From Candidatus Latescibacterota bacterium (GTDB lineage: Bacteria; Latescibacterota; UBA2968), in contig OZ242010.1 of assembly GCA_965204745.1 (NCBI GenBank), positions 4,000,001-4,064,000 of the forward strand: DNA of 64,000 nucleotides, in the 5' to 3' direction. Position numbers and translations under genes: made by a program. The stretch's first letter is position 1. Every line of letters begins with the position of its first letter. Below, one piece after another: positions 38,777-47,265 of the stretch. The notes beneath the pieces are model-generated. The model was not told the origin of the DNA. It did not search any database and saw nothing but the letters and a program-made list of their open reading frames with translations.

Positions 38777-39334
38777 TTATGGGTTCTCCAGTGCCGCCAT
38801 AAACTCTGCGCCGCTGGTGCATTGGCCTTTGGTGCGCGGAGCGAGTAGCCCGTCGTTGACCATGATGAGCCAGCGCAACTCTTGGAACGACGCGATGAGT
38901 ACTTCAAACAACTCGTCCAAGCGTTTCAAGGCGACGAAGACCTCGGCCCCGTGTGCCTGATCCCCTCCGGTCCGTTGCAAGGCGTTTCGGATCTCGCGCA
39001 ATTCTGCCCGTTCCCCGCGGAAGTATGCCTCGCCTTTCTCCAACGCAGGCACCGCGCTATCGTTTGGATCTATTTCTCGACCCGGCTGAAAATCCTCGAC
39101 CTCTTTCTGGAGATCCTGAAAGTTAGAACTGACCGCGACTATCGCGTCATGCCGTTTGCAAAAGCTGTCGGTCAATTCCCTTATGGCCTGTTTCGTGGGA
39201 TTCACACGCGGCTTTGCGGACCAGTCCCGGTTCAGCACTTCCGGCTGTTCCGTAGGTCGTGCCCGCCGGATTAAGGCCCCAGCGACATTGCGGACTGTTT
39301 CGCCGCTAAATTCAGCCATCGGTTGCGCGATCAT
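38777..39334 (-). CDS. Hypothetical alpha-helical protein
   Basis: ATG at 39334 after AAGGGG; 185-aa open frame co-oriented within the island; no family recognised. Confidence 0.6.
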   Translation of the reverse strand: MIAQPMAEFSGETVRNVAGALIRRARPTEQPEVLNRDWSAKPRVNPTKQAIRELTDSFCKRHDAIVAVSSNFQDLQKEVEDFQPGREIDPNDSAVPALEKGEAYFRGERAELREIRNALQRTGGDQAHGAEVFVALKRLDELFEVLIASFQELRWLIMVNDGLLAPRTKGQCTSGAEFMAALENP

Positions 39335-39383
39335 GTCAAGCCCCTTTCGGCGGTTGGGCGCGTCGATTTCAACTCGCGGTGAT

Positions 39384-39989
39384 CTATTGCCAGAGTTTTT
39401 CCACCCGACATTCAAATTTGGGCAATAGGGGATCGCCCGAAATGGTTTTGGGATCGGACAGACAAATGACCGCTTCATCTGGACGAGAAATATAAACATT
39501 TCTCTCTTTGGGATCGATGAGCCAGCCGAGTTGTGTACCATTGGCGATGTATTCCCGCATCTTGTTTTGTACGGTCTCAAGGCGATCCGTTCGGGAAAGC
39601 AATTCGACGACAAAATCGGGACAAATGGGGGCGAACTCCTCCTGTTCTTCTGCTGAGAGCGCGTCCCATCGCTCTTTGCGAATCCAAGCCAAATCAGGTG
39701 CGCGCACCGCGCCATTTGGAAGGGTGAATCCCGCAGATGAATCAAAGCCCAAACCCGTTTCATCAGATTGTAGCCAAGCATAAAATTGTCCGATGAGCGT
39801 AAAGTTGCGATGTCCAGATTTGCTCCCCGTTGGCGGCATAATGATCAGATCTCCTTCGCTGGTGAGTTCCATTCTCAAATCGGGATTGGCTCGGCAGAAT
39901 TGAAAAAACTCATGTCTGTTCATGCGTAATGCCGCCCCAAAATGAAGCGTCAGAGCATTCTGTCTCGGTTGCAATGCAACGGCGGTCAT
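39384..39989 (-). CDS. Uma2 family (DUF820) endonuclease-like protein
   Basis: FFQFCRANPDLRME, FDSSAGFTLPNGAVRAPD, CPDFVVELLS, KMREYIANG.QLGWLIDP. Confidence 0.93.
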   Translation of the reverse strand: MTAVALQPRQNALTLHFGAALRMNRHEFFQFCRANPDLRMELTSEGDLIIMPPTGSKSGHRNFTLIGQFYAWLQSDETGLGFDSSAGFTLPNGAVRAPDLAWIRKERWDALSAEEQEEFAPICPDFVVELLSRTDRLETVQNKMREYIANGTQLGWLIDPKERNVYISRPDEAVICLSDPKTISGDPLLPKFECRVEKLWQ

Positions 39990-40008
39990 GGAAAACCCTC
40001 CGATTGAT

Positions 40009-40335
40009 TTACGCAGGAATAGCTTCGCAATGGCTGATAAATTCGTCAATTTTGGGAATCAGATAGTCAAATTCCGTCGATTGAAACGCGACGCGCTCCT
40101 TCACCTTCTCGGCACCTACAATTCGCGCCAAGCCCCCAAATGCCTCCTCGAGGAACGAAGAAGGATATCCTTCCGCGCCATCCAGGTCAATGAGGACTTT
40201 GCCATTATCAGATCCATCTTCAAACAATGGCATGAGCATATCCTCTCTAAATTTTTCACCAGAAAAAGGGCCATCCGAGCAAAACCTCGCCCCCGGCGTA
40301 TCGGAAAAATCAGTTGCAATTTTGATGGTCGTCAT
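40009..40335 (-). CDS. STAS-like domain protein (DUF4325)
   Basis: DFSDTPGARF..DGPFSGEKFRE, IDLDGAEGYPSSFLEEAFGGL. Confidence 0.85.
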   Translation of the reverse strand: MTTIKIATDFSDTPGARFCSDGPFSGEKFREDMLMPLFEDGSDNGKVLIDLDGAEGYPSSFLEEAFGGLARIVGAEKVKERVAFQSTEFDYLIPKIDEFISHCEAIPA

Positions 40336-40378
40336 GGTCGCCTCCGAGGCAAATGATAGGTGTTCGCCCTTTCTCAAA

Positions 40379-43069
40379 TCATGGGTAGTACCGGTAACGC
40401 TTGCCCGTTACCATCGGCTCTTGCGCGAGCAGGTGACGCGCTGTTTCACAGGTGGTCTTGTCAAATCCCAAGTGCTGACACACCGCATTGTCAATTTCCA
40501 GTTGCACCGGGCATTGGTGTGCTTGGGGAAGCGACAGCCTCTCTTGTTCGCAGAGCATGTCGTAGGCGGTAGCCAAGTCGATAATTTGCGCCGGGTCAAG
40601 TTCCGACAGCCGAGGCATGGGGATACGCTCCAGTCCGTCTTTGGAAAACTGCGGGTAAGAAGGTAATTTGTTTGACCTAACCAACAGCATACCCAACTTG
40701 CCGGGCGTGCTGTTCAATATCATTACTATCGCTTTTTCAACAGACGTGCTATCCACGCCGGCGACGGGCATAGCCGTCACGTTGGCCCAGGCCGAACCAA
40801 CCGCCGGGACGGTAGTACGGCATGCCATGTTTTTGACCGTAGTCAACCGCACCCGTTCCGCCAATTTAAGGTGGTTGGCTTTCCGCAAGGTGTTGATAAG
40901 TTTCGGCTGTGATGCTTTGGGTTGGACAAAACAGTCCGGCACAACTTCCATCTTGTTGCAATGCTCAACGTCATGGCGATACAACGCCGGGGTGGCATAG
41001 AGGGCAGTGGCATCGCATTTCTGCGTGTTTCGGATGGGACGGCCCATCGGGTCAATGATAATCTGATTCCGAAGTTCGTTTTTCCAGAGATTTTTGGAGG
41101 CGATGTGGTAGAGTTCGCTACTGACAAATTGCACCGCATCCCAGTTTCCCCAGGCGATGGTCGCGGCATCAATGTAATCGACAACCGCCCATTCGTGTCG
41201 CTCGGCCTGTCCGTCTAAAATGCTACGGGCACAAGCGGTTGCCGCACTTGCCTTGTCGGGGTTAGCGGTCAACTTTACCACTGCGGTAGGCGGTTGCTTT
41301 CCAGGACGCTTGCGCTCCATCACTACGAGCATTTCGCCTATGCTGGTGTTGCCGGAATAGTAAATCCGTTGTGGGTCGTATGACACGACCAAGTACTTGA
41401 TATGGAACTTTTCCGCCAAGAACTGGCGGGTCAGAAGGGCGGATGGATTGGTGGCTGTTGCAGTTGGCACCACAAAGGCGAGCCGCCCACTGTTATCAAG
41501 GTACTTTTCTGCCAAAACAAAGAACCCGTTAGCATTGCTGGACTGGTCCATGGGCAACCCGGTATAAAGATAGTTTTCTCGGTCCCGCAACTGCCTTTCG
41601 GTGGCCTTGTCCAAGTGCTTGTGACGGATGTCGCCCCTGGTGAACGGCGGATTCATTATCGCCACAGTGAACGTCTCGGTTTCAATGGGTGCTGGTTCAG
41701 AGTCAATGCGCGTGCCAGTAACCGGACGAGGGTTGAAACTGCATTGACCTATGCCTTCCAGCATCTCCAACGCGCCCAACTTCGGCCGGTCGTCCTGCGG
41801 GTCAATGCCCAAAGTAAGGCTGTACAGGTGCATTTTGTGGAATGCCACACTGGGGGCGATCATCCCGATGCCCGTAGCTGTTTGGAAAATGGCGCGGTTG
41901 TTGACGTCGAACCCGTAGAGCATCTGCTCCAACAGGCACTTGGCAACTTCTTCCCGCCGACCGGTCCGTTCGTAGGCCAGTATGTAGTTGGCGGCGGCAA
42001 TCAGTAGCGTACCCGTGCCACAGGCAAAGTCAACGATGCGAAGGCCGGTAACTTGGTCGAAGTCACTCCAGTCGATAGCCAAGTCGTGGAACAGCAGAGA
42101 CGCCAACATGGTGGCGGCTGGAATGGTGGTGTACATAGACCCGTCGTTTTTGGCTGTTTCTACCGACTGGCAGAAGGTGATGCCGATGAGATCGTGGTGT
42201 TGGTTGCCGCTGGCACTTTGTATTTCTATGGCGGCTTCGGCGATGATTCTAACTGCCATGTTGCTGTTGGGGCTTTTGGGCAACGCATACAGGATGGCGC
42301 AACTCCATTCCAAGATGTGCTTGTAATCTATGGCTAGCCAAGTGTTGTGCGCGGTGTGGAAGTTTTTGACGACTCGATTCTCTTGCAAACATTCTTCCAC
42401 GCTCTGCGGCGGCCAAGCATCACTGAAAACGGATTGACTGTTCTGCCGTGCGTCCCACTGCGGTGCTTTCTGATAACGGATTGTATCCAGCTTGGTATGA
42501 AACATGATGGCTGTCAACAGGTCCGTCATCAATCCTTTGACATTGGTGTTCTCGGCGGCATCTCCAATCTCGTTCATGATTGAGGTTTGTTGTGCTTTAG
42601 TGAAGCGGGCAGTCGCTTTATCGACAGCTTCATCTGCGATTTTGGCTAAAACTTCCGGAGAACCAAGTTCGTTGGGAGCTTGCCGGATGAAGTCCGCCAT
42701 AGCTGTGCCCTTTACCGCAGTCCACTTGGTAAATCTGGGTTCGGGCTGGTAGTTGGGTGTCCGCACATTGACCAACAACTCGCTATTGAGCAGGTCGTCG
42801 CGTGTGTTGCACTCGGACGGATAAACCACCGCAACAGCCACATCGCAGACTTGGCGGTCAAGTTTGTTATCAGCATCCTCAATAGCCGATCTTTTTTTAG
42901 TGGCAGTGGTGCCATGTTCAGCTTCCACCGCCACGATGTAATCGCCAACAGTGCAACGAATGTCGGTTTTGCTCTTGTCAGCGTTGCGTTCCTCAGCCTG
43001 CGATTCAAGGATACCGTTTTCTTTTAGAATGTCCCAAAGCAAAGCGTTTAGAACGACTTCATTTGCCAT
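40379..43069 (-). CDS. Single-chain restriction-modification enzyme (Type IIG-like: nuclease, N6-adenine methyltransferase, TRD)
   Basis: N-terminal TDIRC...VEAE (PD-(D/E)xK-like); motif I DFACGTGTLL; motif IV NPPF; GRLAFVVP. Confidence 0.8.
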   Translation of the reverse strand: MANEVVLNALLWDILKENGILESQAEERNADKSKTDIRCTVGDYIVAVEAEHGTTATKKRSAIEDADNKLDRQVCDVAVAVVYPSECNTRDDLLNSELLVNVRTPNYQPEPRFTKWTAVKGTAMADFIRQAPNELGSPEVLAKIADEAVDKATARFTKAQQTSIMNEIGDAAENTNVKGLMTDLLTAIMFHTKLDTIRYQKAPQWDARQNSQSVFSDAWPPQSVEECLQENRVVKNFHTAHNTWLAIDYKHILEWSCAILYALPKSPNSNMAVRIIAEAAIEIQSASGNQHHDLIGITFCQSVETAKNDGSMYTTIPAATMLASLLFHDLAIDWSDFDQVTGLRIVDFACGTGTLLIAAANYILAYERTGRREEVAKCLLEQMLYGFDVNNRAIFQTATGIGMIAPSVAFHKMHLYSLTLGIDPQDDRPKLGALEMLEGIGQCSFNPRPVTGTRIDSEPAPIETETFTVAIMNPPFTRGDIRHKHLDKATERQLRDRENYLYTGLPMDQSSNANGFFVLAEKYLDNSGRLAFVVPTATATNPSALLTRQFLAEKFHIKYLVVSYDPQRIYYSGNTSIGEMLVVMERKRPGKQPPTAVVKLTANPDKASAATACARSILDGQAERHEWAVVDYIDAATIAWGNWDAVQFVSSELYHIASKNLWKNELRNQIIIDPMGRPIRNTQKCDATALYATPALYRHDVEHCNKMEVVPDCFVQPKASQPKLINTLRKANHLKLAERVRLTTVKNMACRTTVPAVGSAWANVTAMPVAGVDSTSVEKAIVMILNSTPGKLGMLLVRSNKLPSYPQFSKDGLERIPMPRLSELDPAQIIDLATAYDMLCEQERLSLPQAHQCPVQLEIDNAVCQHLGFDKTTCETARHLLAQEPMVTGKRYRYYP

Positions 43070-43186
43070 AGTATTACTCCTTCCACCCAGGCTGTTAGTC
43101 AGTATGCTTAATCAAGGGGGGACAGGCCCACTCATAAGACATTGCAGGCCCGTGCCTGTCCGTGCATTCCGCGGCGGCACGATTCC

Positions 43187-43312
43187 CTAATCCTCGTCTG
43201 ACTCGCAACGGCCCAAGTGGATCAGCGCGCCGCTGAGCGAGTTGAGTGCGGGGTGGTTTTCCATGTTCTCGCGCGTGCCGACGAACAGAATCCACACGTC
43301 GCCGGTTGCGGT
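43187..43312 (-). repeat. 126-bp duplicate of the 3' end of the gene at 46940-47164
   Basis: Matches 46940-47065 with 5 substitutions, all synonymous in the TATGDVWIL...CESDED frame. Confidence 0.92.
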
Positions 43313-43440
43313 GGGGCACCTTCTCCAAGCTCTGGCCGATGGTCCCCAAGTCGGCTAGCCGTTGAAAGTGATTTCTTTTCTCGGCAGTCTCCAAACCAAG
43401 TTGCCGGAAAACCTCGTAGATCGAGCTTTGCCTCTCGCAT

Positions 43441-46400
43441 TTATCGCTCATTGCATGTCCTCCTTGTATCGTATCGCAAATTCTTCTCCACCTCCAAGTA
43501 CAGACCATCCATCTGTTTCTGAAGCGTCAGCGTCAGTCCGATAGCCGTCACCATCCGGCAGTAGGTGCGGATGTCGTCGAGGGTGAGGCGGCGATCTTTG
43601 CGATCTTTCAGCCATTTGTCGCAGACTTGGTACCCGCCGATGCGGTAGGCGTAAACCTCCGAGGGCACGGGCCCGAAGTACTGAGTCTTGTTGACGTACA
43701 TGCATTGCTCATCGGCGTCATAGCGAAAGCCCGTGGCCTTTGTGCGTGCGACGACCGCAGTGCCTTCGCCTTCAAACCGGCAGGTCGGCGGGTCGAGTTC
43801 GGGCGACTTGAGCAGGTGCAGACCGACCAATCGCACGCCGAGGGCGGCGAGTTTGTCGAACAAGACGCGGTCAGTTGTGAACGGAATGCGCGGGAAATCG
43901 ATCCGCAGGAACTCGGCGTATTGCTCGCGGTACGCAGGCGCGTGCAAGATCGCATACGTGTAGTGGAAAATATCCTCGGGCGATGGCTCTCGGGCATGCG
44001 TCTCCGCGAGTGTCTCAACCAGTTTGGGATTCAGATTCGGCTGACGCTCGGACGTCTCGTGTTGCGCGAAAAGGTCGTCGCGGTCAGCGGTGAGATAGAG
44101 GTAGAGGGGAAAATTCACGTTTCCGCCGCGATAGAACAAGTTAAGATCCCCTATGTTCTGCGAGCAATAGATCAAATTCCATTCGCCAGTACCAACAACC
44201 TGACCTTGGCGTCCAACACACAACGCCAGATTCTTTCCGGCCAGCATGTGGCGCATCACTTCAGGGCGGGGCCTACAGATGAACCCCCGCGAGTGGCCGG
44301 TGTAATAGGTATAACGCACGTCAAAAGGACGATAAAGAATCGGCACCACCTTCTCGCGTGTTGGGCCGGAATCCCGTAAGTCCTTCTGGGCCAACATCAC
44401 TTTCCAGTCTTGCGTATCCTTGCCAAGTTTATATCCCTGCCGAGCCAGTTCCGGGTCCATCTCTGAAAAAGTCCGTACCGTATCCCACGCCTCTTGCTCG
44501 GACCAATGGATTATCAATCTGTCGCGGGCGGTTACAATGCCGACGCTGTTGATCGGAAATACTTCGGAGACAGAAAATACCTCGGGGATAGAGAGGAACC
44601 GCCGATACTCAGCTTCGAGCGCGTCGTCGCGGGGCACGAACAGATAGAACGGCGATGCTGGATTTATTTGTTGCCACTTGGTACTGTCGAGGCTATGAGC
44701 GTCCAGCCATTCATACTTGCGCTCCCGCGTCCCATAGCAATCGGCGTGGTGGATGGTGGCGTCTGCCTGTTGGTCGCCGCGCTTGACGAAAAAGGCAATG
44801 GTCACACCTAGCCGAATATCAAAGACGTTTTGGTCGGGGCTACCGTCTGGACTGGTTTCCTTTTTCAGTGAATTGCCGTGCAAGTCGAGAATGTAGATGT
44901 CGTCAAAGGTCTGCATCAGACTGCGGCGCATTCCGCGAAAGGTCGGGTTGTCGAGATAGCCGTGATTGGTGATCATCCCGATAACCCCGCGCCCGGCCTG
45001 CTCAATTTTCCATTGCGCGAAACGCAAAAACTTGACGTAATCATCCTGAAGACCTTTCGGATTTCTCTCGCCCAATGGCTTGCCATCCACCTGCTTGTAA
45101 TCGTCGATCAAGCCCCGTATCCAATCGCCCTTGTTGCTGGAATCGTAGGAATAGGGCGGATTGCCGAGGATGAGCAAAATCGGCGTCTGCTTTTTGACCG
45201 CGCCAGCCAGACGGGATTCCTCGGCCAGTGCGGACAGGCCGGGCAACTGGCTCTGTTCCAATTCCGCCATGTCGAGCGTATTTGTGAGATAAAAAGGCAC
45301 CCGCTCATCGTCGGCGAGGCGGTGGCCGAGTTCTTCCAAGAAGAAGCTCATCTTGAGATGACCAACCGCGTAAGGGGCCATCATCAACTCCAGCGCGTAG
45401 AAATTCTCGAGGATATGCCGACGGATGAAGTCCGCACGTCCGCCACTGCCGTATTTCGCCTCGAACTCGGCAACGGCCTGTTGCGCCGCACGAGCGACAA
45501 AGGTCATCGTCCCAGCCGCCGGATCGAGCAGGGTCACGCCATCCGAAGCGAGGCCATCGCGTTTGTCAAATTCCGTTTTGAGAAGGCCATTTAGGGAACG
45601 CACGATGTACCCAACGACCGGTTCGGGCGTGTAATAGACGCCGCGCCGCTCGCGCTCGCCGGGATCGTACTGCGCCAAAAAGGTCTCGTAAAAATGCACG
45701 ATGGGGTCGCCGCCCTTGCCCTCTCGGTAGTAGCTGTCCAGAATGCCGGGCGCGTCGGCCACAGCGAGCACCTCGGCGAGGTCGTCCACGCACCACGCCA
45801 GCGGAGCGGGCAAGTCGTCGAGCGAAATGTAGCGGAACAGATCGCGTAAGACGCCGATAGTATGCGGGATATTGTCGAACGCAACGCGCCGATTGAACCC
45901 ATCCCCAGCGCGCGTGCGAGCGGCAAACAGGCGGTAGGCTATCGTCTGCGCGAACAGATCGGCGAAATCGTCCGCTGTCAGCGACCCGATGAGATAAGTC
46001 TGAAACGCCTCGAAGAAACCGGAGAGCATCCCGGGCGCGTTGCGTTCCTGCTCAAACTGATCGCGGATCACATCGCGGAGCAGGCGCGTGCGCTTTGCCA
46101 ATTCAACGGCGAGGGATTCGGCGGTGAACGTCGGGGGCAACGCGAAATCGAGAAAGCGGTCGAGAAGCGCGGCGAGGTCGGCTTGATTTTCCAGCGGCGG
46201 CGTTGTGCCCAGCGCGTTGAGCACCAAGGGCCGCCCCGCCATGACTGTCTGAACGCGCTCGCCGTTTCGGTACAAGCGAAACTCGAGAAAATTGGTGAGG
46301 ATGAGATTGGGAAACGTCGAGCGATAACGCTGGAGTTGTTCGGAGTTCTCGACAAGGTCCAACCGCTCCTTGGTCGGTTTCTTGGCCTCGACATAGCCGA

Positions 46401-46620
46401 CGATTCTATCCGTCCCATTCCACACGCGAAAATCCGGGTTGCCGCCCTCGGTCGGCTTGGGCAATGTGGTGACGTGTACAGGCGTCCGCTCGATGACGCG
46501 AGCCGTTTCCCCGAGCATATCCGCCAGTGCCGGATAAAAACTCTCCTCCCGCGCATCGCCTTGACGGGCGACGGCGGTCAGATCGCTCAGATATGTTGAG
46601 AAGATGGATTTTTGGGTCAC
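43441..46620 (-). CDS. Type IIG/ISP-like restriction-modification enzyme (N-6 methylase with Type ISP C-terminal specificity domain)
   Basis: GNPDF..GYVEAK nuclease, LILTNFLEFRLY, RGVYYTPEPVV, LDPAAGTMTF, GNPPY, DDYVKF, LDLHGN, YRPFD, IGGYQVCDKWLKDRK; GTG at 46620 after GGAAGG. Confidence 0.88.
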   Translation of the reverse strand: MTQKSIFSTYLSDLTAVARQGDAREESFYPALADMLGETARVIERTPVHVTTLPKPTEGGNPDFRVWNGTDRIVGYVEAKKPTKERLDLVENSEQLQRYRSTFPNLILTNFLEFRLYRNGERVQTVMAGRPLVLNALGTTPPLENQADLAALLDRFLDFALPPTFTAESLAVELAKRTRLLRDVIRDQFEQERNAPGMLSGFFEAFQTYLIGSLTADDFADLFAQTIAYRLFAARTRAGDGFNRRVAFDNIPHTIGVLRDLFRYISLDDLPAPLAWCVDDLAEVLAVADAPGILDSYYREGKGGDPIVHFYETFLAQYDPGERERRGVYYTPEPVVGYIVRSLNGLLKTEFDKRDGLASDGVTLLDPAAGTMTFVARAAQQAVAEFEAKYGSGGRADFIRRHILENFYALELMMAPYAVGHLKMSFFLEELGHRLADDERVPFYLTNTLDMAELEQSQLPGLSALAEESRLAGAVKKQTPILLILGNPPYSYDSSNKGDWIRGLIDDYKQVDGKPLGERNPKGLQDDYVKFLRFAQWKIEQAGRGVIGMITNHGYLDNPTFRGMRRSLMQTFDDIYILDLHGNSLKKETSPDGSPDQNVFDIRLGVTIAFFVKRGDQQADATIHHADCYGTRERKYEWLDAHSLDSTKWQQINPASPFYLFVPRDDALEAEYRRFLSIPEVFSVSEVFPINSVGIVTARDRLIIHWSEQEAWDTVRTFSEMDPELARQGYKLGKDTQDWKVMLAQKDLRDSGPTREKVVPILYRPFDVRYTYYTGHSRGFICRPRPEVMRHMLAGKNLALCVGRQGQVVGTGEWNLIYCSQNIGDLNLFYRGGNVNFPLYLYLTADRDDLFAQHETSERQPNLNPKLVETLAETHAREPSPEDIFHYTYAILHAPAYREQYAEFLRIDFPRIPFTTDRVLFDKLAALGVRLVGLHLLKSPELDPPTCRFEGEGTAVVARTKATGFRYDADEQCMYVNKTQYFGPVPSEVYAYRIGGYQVCDKWLKDRKDRRLTLDDIRTYCRMVTAIGLTLTLQKQMDGLYLEVEKNLRYDTRRTCNER

Positions 46621-46797
46621 AAAATTACCTTCCGTAGCTGTTGCGACAGGTCGCGGTGGCAAAGAAACGATCTCGTGACAGCTTCTCTTTTGCTGCTCGC
46701 GGGCGGCGCGGCAAATCGCTTTGATGTCATAGCGAAATCGCTCGGCATACACCTGGCGATTGCGGCGAACTTCTTCAACGATGGTATCGCGCCACAT
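46621..46797 (-). CDS. Small protein (MWRDTIVEEVRR...) read in frame into the RM gene
   Basis: ATG at 46797 with GGAGG RBS. Resembles short W.D.IVEEVR..R...A..F.YD proteins seen near TA loci. No stop before the RM start. Confidence 0.5.
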
Positions 46798-46807
46798 GGG
46801 TGTTATC

Positions 46808-46868
46808 CCTCCCGCGCATCGCCTTGACGGGCGACAGCGGTCAGGTCCTTCAGATACGTTGAGAAGAT
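46808..46868 (-). repeat. 61-bp duplicate of the 5' end of the RM gene (46545-46605)
   Basis: Encodes IFSTYLKDLTAVARQGDARE versus IFSTYLSDLTAVARQGDARE; 5 mismatches. Confidence 0.9.
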
Positions 46869-46939
46869 CGCGCAACGCAACGGTCACCTGTCCAATCATC
46901 GCGACGCGCTCTTGATTTCTCAACTCGGGGGCCGATTTG

Positions 46940-47164
46940 CTAATCCTCGTCTGACTCGCATCGCCCCAGGTGGATCAGCGCGCCGCTGAGCGAGTTGAGC
47001 GCGGGGTGGTTTTCCATGTTCTCGCGCGTGCCGACGAACAGGATCCACACGTCGCCGGTTGCGGTATCGAGGATGTACGTATCGCCGGATTTTGCACAAC
47101 ACTCGATCTGGTAGCGTCCAATCGCCCCGCCTTGCGTCATCATGGGGGGTTTGTGATTCGTCAT
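46940..47164 (-). CDS. Hypothetical protein
   Basis: GGGAG RBS; GRYQI...YILDTATGDVW motif; its duplicated 3' end shows synonymous-only divergence. Confidence 0.7.
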   Translation of the reverse strand: MTNHKPPMMTQGGAIGRYQIECCAKSGDTYILDTATGDVWILFVGTRENMENHPALNSLSGALIHLGRCESDED

Positions 47165-47265
47165 GGTGTCTCCCTTTTTGACCAGCTTGCCAAAAGACGA
47201 AAGACGACCGGGTATCACCTCTGACAAACCGATCGCCTTATTGTTTTACCTGCGTGTGCGTTGTC

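Noticed and set aside
43441-46923. A single 1160-aa protein as given by the ORF track
   Set aside because: The first ~100 codons are a frameshifted duplicate of the RM start plus a separate small gene. RM homology begins at GTG 46620, which has its own RBS.
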